64,000 nucleotides of DNA from positions 27,091-91,090 of the forward strand of contig CAMDRT010000011.1 of the NCBI GenBank assembly GCA_945906815.1, written 5' to 3'. Position 1 is the stretch's first letter; the number at the start of each line of letters is the position of its first letter. The notes under the pieces were generated by a model. The model searched no databases. It saw only the letters and a list, made by a program, of their open reading frames with translations, and had not been told where the DNA came from. This document shows, one piece after another, positions 1 through 8,769 of the stretch. This DNA is from Bordetella parapertussis. Its GTDB lineage: Bacteria > Pseudomonadota > Gammaproteobacteria > Burkholderiales > SG8-41. The position numbers were made by a program, and so were the translations under genes.

Positions 1-2
1 CC

Positions 3-302
3 GACCTTGCATCGTGTATTCCCGCCTACGCGGTTGCGGCCATACGCGAGGCGCTGCCTGCGTTTGATAAACAAATCAGAGGCTTTGCGATGGCAGACGC
101 ATTGCTCACCGGTGTGGAAACGCGCACCTCGTCGCCGCTACGCATCAAGCGCAATGCGGTCTATGAGAGTATCAACACGCGCGGTCTCTATCCAGCGGGG
201 GAGGGCGCCGGTTACGCGGGCGGCATTTTGTCGGCGGCGGTGGATGGGATTGAAGTGGCGGAAGCGGTGGCGTTGAACATGGTGAGGCTGTCAACGGCGT
301 AA
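3..302 (+). CDS. FAD-dependent oxidoreductase/dehydrogenase, C-terminal part (5' truncated by window)
   Basis: Open frame from base 3: ...IREALPAFDKQIRGFAMADALLTGVETRTSSP...GLYPAGEGAGYAGGILSAAVDG, the typical C-terminus of this family. Confidence 0.85.
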   Translation, partial: DLASCIPAYAVAAIREALPAFDKQIRGFAMADALLTGVETRTSSPLRIKRNAVYESINTRGLYPAGEGAGYAGGILSAAVDGIEVAEAVALNMVRLSTA

Positions 303-328
303 TGCGCGAAAATCACCCCGTCCCATGT

Positions 329-433
329 CGTCATTCTGGCGGAGGCCAGAATCTAGTGCGTTAGACACTTTGCAGTTTAAGCGTGCGCTACGCGGAGGTT
401 ACAATCTGGATTCTGGCTTCCGCCAGAATGACG
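329..433. repeat. REP-like inverted doublet (GTCATT...GAATGAC class)
   Basis: cgtcattctggcggaggccagaatc (329-353) and gattctggcttccgccagaatgacg (409-433) are 24/25 inverted; each arm is itself palindromic. Confidence 0.85.
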
Positions 434-483
434 GTGGTGATTTTGAATCCGTGTTCATCTGTGGTTAAAAAAGTTTTCACCTT

Positions 484-1215
484 ATGGAAAAAATCCGCGT
501 TTCCAAACTGATGTCCGAGCAGGGCATTTGCTCGCGCCGCGAAGCCGACAGCTACATCGAGCGCGGCTGGGTGCTGGTCGATGGCGTGCCGGTGACTGAA
601 CTGGGCACGCGTGCTTTCCCCCATCAGAAAATCACCCTCGCGCGGCAGGCGCAGTCGCAGCAGGAAGCGAGTGTCACCATCCTGCTGAACAAACCTATAG
701 GCTACGTTTCCAACCTGCCCGAGCTGGGCTATCGTCCCGCGATGGAATTGATCAAGCCTGAAAATCGCTTCAAGGATGACAAACTGCCACTGCGTTTCAG
801 CGCCACGCACCTGCGCGGATTGGCCCCGGCGGGGCGGCTGGATATCGATTCAGTGGGCTTGATCGTATTTACCCAGGACGGCCGCGTTGCCAAGCAGTTG
901 ATCGGGCAGGACTCAAAGATTGAGAAGGAGTACCTGGTGCGCGTCGAGGGCGCGCTGTCAGCGGATAACCTGGCTAAACTTAACTTCGGTTTAAGCCTCG
1001 ACGACCAGCCGCTAAAGCCCGCCAAAGTAAGCTGGCAGAACGAAGATCAGTTGCGCTTTGCGCTGCGCGAGGGCAAGAAGCGTCAAATCCGGCGCATGTG
1101 CGAACTGGTCGGCTTGAAGGTCACCGGCTTGAAGCGCGTGCGTATCGGCAGTGTGATGTTGGGCAAGCTGCCGGAGGGGCAGTGGCGGTATTTGCGGGCG
1201 GATGAGTCTTTCTAG
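484..1215 (+). CDS. rRNA pseudouridine synthase (RsuA/RluB/RluF family, S4 domain)
   Basis: N-terminal S4 (CSRREAD), GRLDIDS catalytic motif, [10 protein letters not shown]. Confidence 0.92.
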   Translation: MEKIRVSKLMSEQGICSRREADSYIERGWVLVDGVPVTELGTRAFPHQKITLARQAQSQQEASVTILLNKPIGYVSNLPELGYRPAMELIKPENRFKDDKLPLRFSATHLRGLAPAGRLDIDSVGLIVFTQDGRVAKQLIGQDSKIEKEYLVRVEGALSADNLAKLNFGLSLDDQPLKPAKVSWQNEDQLRFALREGKKRQIRRMCELVGLKVTGLKRVRIGSVMLGKLPEGQWRYLRADESF

Positions 1216-1266
1216 GACGGACATGACTGCGCCGTCATTCCGGCGCCTGCCCCGTAATACGCTTGC

Positions 1267-1671
1267 TCAGGCTTCAACGGTGGAGGGCAGGCCCGCTTTC
1301 TCGCAGACGATATCGCGCCACACCAGATAGGTCACATCGCCATCCTCCGTCGCGACGGACGTGTGCACCATGTTGGGCGGAATATGCAGCAGGCTGCCCG
1401 TCGGCACCACGAATTCCTGTCCGTCCATGTTGACCTTCATCGCGCCTTGGAGCACGTAGTTGAAGGTTTCATCGGGATGGTAGTGCGGCTGGGAGCCGGT
1501 GCCGACTTTCTTGGTCACCAGGCCACTGTAAATGCGCTCGCCGGTGAAGGATGCGCCTTGCGAGGTGGACAGTGTGCCGAGCGTGGCGGTCTTCTCCATG
1601 GCGTGAAAGTTGTAGACGTAATTGCGTTTTCCGGGTTGCGAAGTATTAGCTGTGTCCGCGTTTTCAGCCAT
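1267..1671 (-). CDS. cupin domain protein
   Basis: PHYHPDETFNYVLQG...IPPNMVH cupin motifs. Confidence 0.85.
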   Translation of the reverse strand: MAENADTANTSQPGKRNYVYNFHAMEKTATLGTLSTSQGASFTGERIYSGLVTKKVGTGSQPHYHPDETFNYVLQGAMKVNMDGQEFVVPTGSLLHIPPNMVHTSVATEDGDVTYLVWRDIVCEKAGLPSTVEA

Positions 1672-1733
1672 GTGGGCCTCCGTTATGTGGGTTGTGTGGC
1701 GCGGTGCGCAGCGAACCGCATCGGTAGGTCAAA

Positions 1734-2030
1734 TCAAGCTCGGCGCATCCAGACCACAGGGCTTCTGCTGCCGTGAAATACGGCAAGAACGACGATGCGA
1801 TCACGCTCCGCGCGGAAGTAGATGCTGTATGGAAAACGATGGGCAACCACGCGCCGTATATCCGCATGGACGAGTGCAAACTGCAAGGGGTTAGCCGACG
1901 CGAGCGTTACGCAACGGCCGATTTCAGCCAGAAATGCCACGCCAAGGCCTAGCCGTTTGCTTTCGTGCCACGCGGTTGCTTCGACGAATTCCCGACTGGC
2001 CGCGCGGTGGAAAGCGACAGCCAGACTCAT
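1734..2030 (-). CDS. RelE/ParE family toxin
   Basis: 98 aa, RR..HRFPYSIYF...IVVLAVFHGSRSP; overlaps the upstream antitoxin by 4 nt. Confidence 0.88.
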   Translation of the reverse strand: MSLAVAFHRAASREFVEATAWHESKRLGLGVAFLAEIGRCVTLASANPLQFALVHADIRRVVAHRFPYSIYFRAERDRIVVLAVFHGSRSPVVWMRRA

Positions 2031-2254
2031 TGCCTGATCTTGGCAATGGCAGCGGCTTTAACGTCGTTCCAGGAAACTACATCGTCAGGGTTGGCCAAGT
2101 AGTCCGCGAGGCGGCAGTCGAGTTCAGCTTTCTGCGCTGCCGTGGGCGCCGGCGCGGAGCCTTGGCTGACTATTCCGTCCCAGATGGCCTCGGCCAACTC
2201 GATCTGCTCGTCAACGTCCAGCGCTCTGGCCTGTTGCAGTATCTGAGTGTTCAT
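2027..2254 (-). CDS. addiction module antitoxin component (TIGR02574-like)
   Basis: 75 aa, E.IELAEAIWD...AQKAELD.RLADY..NP..VVSW pattern; coupled to the ParE gene. Confidence 0.85.
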   Translation of the reverse strand: MNTQILQQARALDVDEQIELAEAIWDGIVSQGSAPAPTAAQKAELDCRLADYLANPDDVVSWNDVKAAAIAKIRQ

Positions 2255-2335
2255 TGTGCATTACCCGATCAAAGAGATGAAATCATTCTGGCTTGCCCAG
2301 AGCGGTGTCGGCAAGGTGGGGCGGCGTCTCCCAGA

Positions 2336-3295
2336 CTAATTAATCTTCACCCCACCCACCTTCATCACCCTGCTAATTTTCTCCACCTCGGCGCGCACAA
2401 ACTTGTCAAATTCCTCGGGTGTCGAAGGCTTGGCCACCACGCCGCGTCCGGCGAATTTTTCGCGGATCTCCGCAAGCGTGAGTATGCGTCTGACTTCCTG
2501 CGACAACTGGGTCACCACTGCGCGCGGCGTTTTCGCAGGCGCGAACATGCCGTACCAATGATCGAACACATAGCCTGGCAGCGCGGCTTCGGCGATGGTG
2601 GGCACGTCGGGCAGCGCCGGTGAGCGTGCTGCAGTGCTGACGGCAAGCGCGATCAGCCGCTTGTCTTTGATGAACGGTAGGGTGTTGCCGATCGGCGCGT
2701 AGGCATAATGCAGGCGCGCAGTGACGGTATCGGTAATGACTTCGGGTACGCCCTTGTACGGTATGTGCGAGACATTGATATCCGCCATCTGCCGGAACAG
2801 TTCGCCGGTGATGTGCGTGCCGCTGCCGACACCCGCATGACCGTAGTTGATGCCGCCCTTTTGTTTAACCATCGCGATCAGTTCCTTCACTGACTTGATG
2901 CCGGCAGACGGCGCGATGATCAACACATTGGGCAGGCTGGTGGCCTGCGAGATGCCGGCGAAATCACGCAGCGTATCGAAGGGCGCGTTGGGGTAGAGCG
3001 CGGGCGTTCCTGCGTGCGACACCGAATTGAAGAACAGCGTGTAGCCATCCGGGTTCGCCGCGGTGACGATGGCGCCAGCCACGGTGCTGCCCGCGCCGGG
3101 ACGGTTATCCACCACCACGCGCTGGTTCCATTTCTCGGACATTTCGTGCGAGATCATGCGGCCGATGACATCCACTTCGCTGCCGGGAGTGAAACCGACG
3201 ATCATGCGGATGGGTTTGGTGGGGAACTGCTGGGCGTGTGTGGCCGAGGCAAGGCTCAACAACATGGCGGTGGCGATTAAGCTCAGGTGTTTCAT
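2336..3295 (-). CDS. Bug/TctC tripartite tricarboxylate transporter substrate-binding protein
   Basis: Signal peptide, FP.KPIRMIV, VDNRPGAG, HIPYKG. Confidence 0.93.
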   Translation of the reverse strand: MKHLSLIATAMLLSLASATHAQQFPTKPIRMIVGFTPGSEVDVIGRMISHEMSEKWNQRVVVDNRPGAGSTVAGAIVTAANPDGYTLFFNSVSHAGTPALYPNAPFDTLRDFAGISQATSLPNVLIIAPSAGIKSVKELIAMVKQKGGINYGHAGVGSGTHITGELFRQMADINVSHIPYKGVPEVITDTVTARLHYAYAPIGNTLPFIKDKRLIALAVSTAARSPALPDVPTIAEAALPGYVFDHWYGMFAPAKTPRAVVTQLSQEVRRILTLAEIREKFAGRGVVAKPSTPEEFDKFVRAEVEKISRVMKVGGVKIN

Positions 3296-3334
3296 GATCC
3301 AGGTCCTTGTATTTTGGTGTGGTTGAAGCGGTTG

Positions 3335-5146
3335 TTACTCCGGCACGTACTGTTTGCCGATCCCCGGCTTGCTGCGCCCCATGCCCGGTAATTCCCAGAT
3401 GCCAGCACCCGCGGGATTCAAATCGCCGTTGATGTTGGCGTCGATCACGCAGGGTTTGTTGCTGGCGATGCCCTGGCGGATCGCTTCATTTAGATCGGCA
3501 GCGCGATCCACGCTCACGCCGTGTATGCCCGCCGCGCGCGCCATTGCGGCGAAATCCGGGTTGTAGGGTTGGTCGGTGCCGGGGTGTTTGAAATCGGTGA
3601 TGAGTTCGCGTGCGCCAAGGTAGCCGCGTTGCAGGCCGCGTATCGAACCGTAGGCGTAGTTGTTCCAGATCACATACACCACGGGAATCTGATACTCATA
3701 CGCGGTGGCCAGCACGCTGGCGTGCATCAGGAAGGCGCCGTCACCGACGACCGCAACGCACGGCCGATGCGGTGCGGCAAGCTTGGCGCCCAGCGCACCC
3801 GCGACGCCAAAACCCATGGGGCCGAAACCCATCGAGCCAATCAGCGAATCCGGGCGGCGCGGTTGGCAGAACTGAATCAACCAGTTGTGATGCACGCCAA
3901 TGTCGCTGACGAGTATGGTGTCATCGGTAATTGCGCGGTCGATCTCGTGGGCGGCGCGCTGCGGCGCAATGGGTGAGGTGTCGGCTTTAAAACCGGGCGC
4001 GATGAAGTCGTTCCATTCCTTGCGGTAGCCGGCGATCGCGTCGAGCCACGGGCTGCGCTCGGCGGGCATCTGGCCGCGGGCGAAACGCGACTCAAGTTCG
4101 GCCAGCAACTGGCGCAGGAAAGTACGCACATCCGCCATCAATCCCAGCGCCACCGGGTAGTTGCGCGCGATTTCATCGGGGTCGATATCGACGTGGATCA
4201 GTTTGGTCGGTGGAATGGTGAACGAGAAACCCGGTATCCACGAACTCGAAGTGCGGTCGTCAAAACGCACGCCGAGCGCCAGCAACACATCGGCTTGGCG
4301 CGCGGCGTGATTGGCCTGATAGGGGCCGTTGCGCGCGACAAGGCCGAGTGCGAGTGGGTGTGTGCTGTCGATGGCGCCGATGCCGCTGGCGGACATCGCC
4401 ACCGGGATGCGCAGTTTCTCCGCCAGCGCCAGCAATTCTTGGGTGGCGCCGCCGTAGCGCACGCCTTGTCCCACCAGTATCACCGGACGCGTGGCCGACA
4501 TCAGCATGTCGGCGGCTTTGGCCACACCTTCGGGATCAGCGCCGCAGCGGCAACTGATGTTGGAGTTCCATTCTTCGGGACGCGGCGTGGGTTCGGGTAT
4601 CGGTTCGCTGAAAATATCGAACGGCACATCGAGCACTACCGGTCCGGGACGGCCGGTGACCATGGTTTTCCACGCCTGACGCACCGCTATCGGCAACTGC
4701 GCAGCGGTGGTGGGCTGGAACACGCGCTTGCAATAGGCGCGCACGGTCGAAGGGAAATCCGCCTGATGGTGGCGGTAGGTTTCCTGAAACGCACCGCGAT
4801 TGAACTGGCTGGTGGGGATGTTGCCGGTGATCGCATAGAACGGCACCGAATCAAAAAACGCATTCGCCAGGCTGATCGGCAGGTTGGCCGAACCCGGTCC
4901 GCACGAGGTAATAGTCGCCGTGGGCTGGCCCGACACGCGGTAATACACGTCCGCCATGAAGCCGGCGACACTTTCGTGATGCACGGAAACGGTTTTGATC
5001 TCGCTCTGCCGCGCGTGCAGTGCATCGAGAAAGCCGATGTTGCCGTGGCCGCACAGGCCAAATACGTAAGGGACTTTTTCGCGAATCAGGTAATCGGTGA
5101 TGACGGCTGCGCCATCGTGGGTGAGGGGGTCGTGGGGGATGGTCAT
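3335..5146 (-). CDS. thiamine diphosphate-dependent enzyme (acetolactate synthase-like)
   Basis: HHESVAGFMAD, GPGSAN, GDGAF...NN ThDP motif. Confidence 0.92.
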   Translation of the reverse strand: MTIPHDPLTHDGAAVITDYLIREKVPYVFGLCGHGNIGFLDALHARQSEIKTVSVHHESVAGFMADVYYRVSGQPTATITSCGPGSANLPISLANAFFDSVPFYAITGNIPTSQFNRGAFQETYRHHQADFPSTVRAYCKRVFQPTTAAQLPIAVRQAWKTMVTGRPGPVVLDVPFDIFSEPIPEPTPRPEEWNSNISCRCGADPEGVAKAADMLMSATRPVILVGQGVRYGGATQELLALAEKLRIPVAMSASGIGAIDSTHPLALGLVARNGPYQANHAARQADVLLALGVRFDDRTSSSWIPGFSFTIPPTKLIHVDIDPDEIARNYPVALGLMADVRTFLRQLLAELESRFARGQMPAERSPWLDAIAGYRKEWNDFIAPGFKADTSPIAPQRAAHEIDRAITDDTILVSDIGVHHNWLIQFCQPRRPDSLIGSMGFGPMGFGVAGALGAKLAAPHRPCVAVVGDGAFLMHASVLATAYEYQIPVVYVIWNNYAYGSIRGLQRGYLGARELITDFKHPGTDQPYNPDFAAMARAAGIHGVSVDRAADLNEAIRQGIASNKPCVIDANINGDLNPAGAGIWELPGMGRSKPGIGKQYVPE

Positions 5147-5177
5147 GTTTGGTATCAGTCCAAAGAGTCAAAATCGA

Positions 5178-5279
5178 TTAACCACGGATGAACACAGATA
5201 AACACAGATAACCGCATTCCATAGATGAACGCGGTAATGATGCGTTCGGTTTTTATCTGTGTTCATCTGTGGTTAAAAA
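5178..5279. repeat. inverted REP-like pair (AACCACRGATGAACACAGAT class); a half copy also at 447-471
   Basis: ttaaccacggatgaacacagataaacacagat (from 5178) vs atctgtgttcatctgtggttaa (from 5255). Confidence 0.8.
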
Positions 5280-5286
5280 GCCGTTT

Positions 5287-6186
5287 CTAAAAACCGTACA
5301 ACGTCGCCGGATTCGCCACCAGCACCTGCTCGCGCGTCGCGGCATCGGGTATCCAGCCCGACAGCAAATCACACAGATCGCCGTCATTGGGCATCGCGCT
5401 TTTTACCATCACATGCGGCCAGTCGCTGCCCCACAGCACGCGCTGCGCATTGGCGGCAATCAGCGCTTGGGCGTAAGCGTTGGTGTCGGCGTGCGGCAGG
5501 GCTTGCGTCGTGATGCGATAGGGGCCGGTGAACTTGACCCACGCCTTGCCTGCCTGCATCAGGCGCAGCAGCGCCTGAAAGCCGGGGTCGTGCAGCCCCT
5601 TATCGGTTTTCATATAGCCCAAATGGCCGAGCACGATGTCCACCGGGAAATCCGCGAAGCTGCGATCTAGGTCAGGGAATTCATCGCAGTGCATGAGAAA
5701 TTCCATGTGCCAGTTCCCATCCAATCGCGCGATGCGTTGGGCAAGTGCCGTGAGTTGCGCCATTGGCAAGGTGCCGGGCTTGCGGTCTTTGACATCGACG
5801 ATGTTGACACGCACGCCGCGTACGCCGGCAGTGTTCAGCCGGGCGAGTTCAGCGTCGGCGATGTCGTCTTCCACCACGGCGACACCGCGAAACGTACTGC
5901 CCGCGGCGTGCAGCGCTGCGAGCATCACCGTGTTGTCGCTGCCGTACACGCTAGGCTGCACCAGCACCGCGCGTGCGACGCCCAGTGCGGCGAGCATTTT
6001 TTGGTAGTCACTCAACAAACAATCCGGCGGCGTGTACACGCGTGCCGGTGAATAGGCGTGGTGCGCGATCGGCCCCAGGATGTGCGCATGCGTGTCGCAG
6101 GCGAGCGGAGGTAGTGTGAGTTTCGGTTTGCGCGGATTAAAGTCGGGTGGCGCGCACGGCGGCGCGCTGTTTGCGGGTGTGTGCAT
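5287..6186 (-). CDS. amidohydrolase family protein (LigI/2-pyrone-4,6-dicarboxylate lactonase-like)
   Basis: CDTHAHI, VQPSVYGSDN, LWGSDWPH. Confidence 0.88.
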   Translation of the reverse strand: MHTPANSAPPCAPPDFNPRKPKLTLPPLACDTHAHILGPIAHHAYSPARVYTPPDCLLSDYQKMLAALGVARAVLVQPSVYGSDNTVMLAALHAAGSTFRGVAVVEDDIADAELARLNTAGVRGVRVNIVDVKDRKPGTLPMAQLTALAQRIARLDGNWHMEFLMHCDEFPDLDRSFADFPVDIVLGHLGYMKTDKGLHDPGFQALLRLMQAGKAWVKFTGPYRITTQALPHADTNAYAQALIAANAQRVLWGSDWPHVMVKSAMPNDGDLCDLLSGWIPDAATREQVLVANPATLYGF

Positions 6187-6270
6187 GAGTGACCGTGATC
6201 AAACAAAAAATGAGCGCCGCAAGCATACCACACGGCGCTGTGCTGCCATCGGTTCCGAATTAAAAAATAT

Positions 6271-6289
6271 AAATAAAAACAAATAGTTA
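6271..6289. repeat. 19-bp AT-rich inverted repeat, left copy (IHF-site-like)
   Basis: aaataaaaacaaatagtta is the exact reverse complement of 7720-7738. Confidence 0.8.
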
Positions 6290-6409
6290 AGATGATTTTT
6301 CGCAGTCAGCTGCAACGCTGCAGGAGGCGGTATATAAAATGTTTCAGTGGGCGAAATAAAAGTCTATAGCATTCGCCACAAGTGCGGGAAGTGCTGGACG
6401 CTTAAGGGG

Positions 6410-6532
6410 ACCCTGCTCCACTGTCTCATAGTAATCATGACTCGCGTTTGCGCAGTGATTCGCCCACCCGGCAGCGAAGAACTCGTGTATCGATTCGGCC
6501 AGATGGGGCTGGTTATCCTTCACCGCTACCAC
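6410..6532 (-). pseudogene. ISAs1-family transposase internal remnant
   Basis: Translates VVAVKDNQPHLAESIHEFF...DYYETVEQG, matching the ISAs1 'AVKxNQPxL...ETxEKxHGR' segment; the flanking translation shows no similarity. Confidence 0.7.
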
Positions 6533-6739
6533 TGTGCCCGGTTCCAGCGCTGGAATCATCTCTGATACGGGCCCATTTACAGCTGCGTGTGGATCGTTAG
6601 CCACGGTTCCGCAGCGCATCAATTTTTAGGACACATGTCGAGTTGCACCTGTCAGCGGTTTGCGGGCAGTGGAACTTGTCGATGCGTCAGTGAGTCGAAA
6701 GTGAGTCAAATGGGCAGTATCTGTATCACATGAAAAGGA

Positions 6740-7117
6740 GTGATGAAAATGACATCCAATAATTGGCGTTCCCTGGTTACCTTCATCGCGGGCGGCTGGC
6801 TGCTGCTGTCGCCGTGGATCATGGACTACCACCAACTGAGCGCCGCCGCATGGAGCGCAGCGACCGTCGGAACGGTATTGATTTTGTGCGAATTCATGGC
6901 GTTTGTCCGGCCCGGCGCGTGGGAAGAGTTGCTGGACCTGATGCTGGGCGGCTACTTGGTTGCTTCTCCTGTTCTATTGGGATTTTCGGAAAGCCTCGCG
7001 GTAGCGGACAACGCCGGCATGGTAGGTACGATCGTTGTCGGGTTGGCAATCATAGGATTGTTCGACGAGCCCGAAGCGCAGCGCTGGTGGCACAACCATA
7101 TGCCTCACTCAAGCTAG
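6740..7117 (+). CDS. SPW-repeat membrane protein
   Basis: GGWLLLSPWIM and GGYLVASPVLLGF repeats; four hydrophobic segments; SD aaggag. Confidence 0.85.
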   Translation: MMKMTSNNWRSLVTFIAGGWLLLSPWIMDYHQLSAAAWSAATVGTVLILCEFMAFVRPGAWEELLDLMLGGYLVASPVLLGFSESLAVADNAGMVGTIVVGLAIIGLFDEPEAQRWWHNHMPHSS

Positions 7118-7157
7118 GGCTGGTTAACGGGCAACTTTGACGTAGGCGGAGGTTTCC

Positions 7158-7676
7158 ATGTTCATGCGTCGCAGGTTGTATTTTCTGCTGCCCGATGTGT
7201 CGAGCGCTCGCAGGATACTTGATGAGATGCTGCTCGCGCGCATCGAAGTCGGGCATATCCACTTCCTTGCGCGACGCGACACACTGCCGGCTGATCTGCC
7301 GGAGGCAAATGTGCTGCAAAAAACCGATCTGGTGCATGGCGCTCAGCTCGGCGTAGTCGTCGGCGCTGTTGCTGGCGGCTTAGGTGGATTGCTGGCGGTG
7401 GCTTATCCGCCCGACGGCATGTCGGTGCAGTTGGTGATAGTACTCGTAGGCGGCGTCGCCGGAGCACTGTTAGGCGCGTGGATCTCGAGTATGGCCGCAA
7501 GCGCGCTGCCCAATACCAAGTTAAACGCGTTTCATCTAGACATCGAGCAAGGGCGTGTGCTGCTGATGGTCGATGTCCCGATGAGTCGTGTTACCGAAAT
7601 CTCGCGGCTGGTTGAAAACCGGCACCCGGAAGCCATCTCAGGCGGCTTTGAACCAACAATACCGGCTTTCCCATGA
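7158..7676 (+). CDS. DUF1269-like membrane protein (glycine zipper)
   Basis: MRRRLYFLLPD...LPEANVLQKTD, two Gly-rich TM segments, C-terminal EPTIPAFP. Confidence 0.75.
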   Translation: MFMRRRLYFLLPDVSSARRILDEMLLARIEVGHIHFLARRDTLPADLPEANVLQKTDLVHGAQLGVVVGAVAGGLGGLLAVAYPPDGMSVQLVIVLVGGVAGALLGAWISSMAASALPNTKLNAFHLDIEQGRVLLMVDVPMSRVTEISRLVENRHPEAISGGFEPTIPAFP

Positions 7677-7719
7677 AGTGGGGCCGGCGTCAGCTCTTGC
7701 ATTTTTCCAATTCGTATCG

Positions 7720-7738
7720 TAACTATTTGTTTTTATTT
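7720..7738. repeat. 19-bp AT-rich inverted repeat, right copy
   Basis: taactatttgtttttattt, reverse complement of 6271-6289. Confidence 0.8.
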
Positions 7739-7762
7739 GATTATTTTTAGAGGCAAATCGTC

Positions 7763-7793
7763 ACCACGCCCGCATTTGCGGGCGTGGTTTTTT
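7763..7793 (+). terminator. rho-independent terminator
   Basis: accacgcccgca-tt-tgcgggcgtggt hairpin followed by a T tract, between convergent genes. Confidence 0.8.
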
Positions 7794-7797
7794 CAAG

Positions 7798-8118
7798 TCA
7801 AAGGGGCCAGGCTCGAATTTCCCACTCGCGCGGCAAATCGCTGACAGCCACCGTATCCACGCGCATCGGTAAATCGCATTCGCTAAATGCCTCTTTCAGC
7901 GCGTAGGCCTGATGGGGCTTCAGTGGCGGGCCTTCCAGAGCCAGGTCAAGATCGGAGTGCGGCTTCAGGCGTGCGCGATCTGCCGCTGTCACCACGACGC
8001 GCGATCCAAACACGTAGGCGCGATGATGCGGCGCATGCGCTCGCAGCACGGCGCGTACCAGCGCCAGGTGCCTGGGCGCGAGCATGAGTTGGCCGTGCCT
8101 TTTCGTAACCCGCTTCAT
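7798..8118 (-). CDS. minimal nucleotidyltransferase (MNT) antitoxin
   Basis: YVFGSR...SDLDLA...LPMRVD; coupled to the HEPN gene. Confidence 0.88.
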   Translation of the reverse strand: MKRVTKRHGQLMLAPRHLALVRAVLRAHAPHHRAYVFGSRVVVTAADRARLKPHSDLDLALEGPPLKPHQAYALKEAFSECDLPMRVDTVAVSDLPREWEIRAWPL

Positions 8119-8519
8119 TTTGCGGCCTTCGTCAGGCGTGCATGCAGGTCTTTTGCGTCACGCAAAAAACGCCGTAGCGAACCGAAGACTTTCCTTGCTT
8201 TTGCAGGGTCGTAAACATGGCTGGTGATATTGCGTAACTCGCGATAACCAAACCAGGGCACTTCGGATTTAACCAGCGCGCGCTCAACCCCCATGCGTAT
8301 CATGTCGCGGTACCCAATTGCATCGATTTCCGACGGCGTGTCGGACATAGCCGTCAATTGCCGCCGCAATGATTTGACGCACAACTCATAGGTATATTCA
8401 AAGCGCTGTATCGAGGCATCGCGCACATACTCGTCCCGGGGCCGCACTTTGGCTGCCTCCAGCGCCTTGTCGAGCGTAGCAATAGCCTTGGAAAGGGAAG
8501 AAAAATCGATTCGGTTCAT
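8115..8519 (-). CDS. HEPN/HI0074-like nucleotidyltransferase substrate-binding protein (HepT-type toxin)
   Basis: DASIQRFEYTYEL, RNITSHVY (Rx4HxY). Confidence 0.9.
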   Translation of the reverse strand: MNRIDFSSLSKAIATLDKALEAAKVRPRDEYVRDASIQRFEYTYELCVKSLRRQLTAMSDTPSEIDAIGYRDMIRMGVERALVKSEVPWFGYRELRNITSHVYDPAKARKVFGSLRRFLRDAKDLHARLTKAAK

Positions 8520-8769
8520 TTGGGTAGTCTACCAAGGCCTGTGCCGGACCTTGGTTATTATGCTACACCACTGGTATGGACGGTATTCAAATAGATTCAA
8601 TCGGAGCGCTGGCACAGCCTAGGTTGAGGACTCACAGCACGCATTTTTCGCTGACGTCTCACCTGATTCGCGGTTAACCAGATTCACTGCAGTTGGACGG
8701 GGTGGACCGTGCGGTTATGGGGGTGCAGGGCAAGACACAGCAACGAAACGGTGTAGCGCAGCAGGTGGA

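Noticed and set aside
5178-5279. Possible CRISPR or tandem repeat array
   Set aside because: Only short 10-bp units in an inverted arrangement, no spacers and no cas genes
6271-7738. Xer dif/pdif sites or integron attC flanking the cassette
   Set aside because: No XerD arm (TTATGTTAAAT-like) with a 6-bp spacer, and no RYYYAAC...GTTRRRY attC structure recognised
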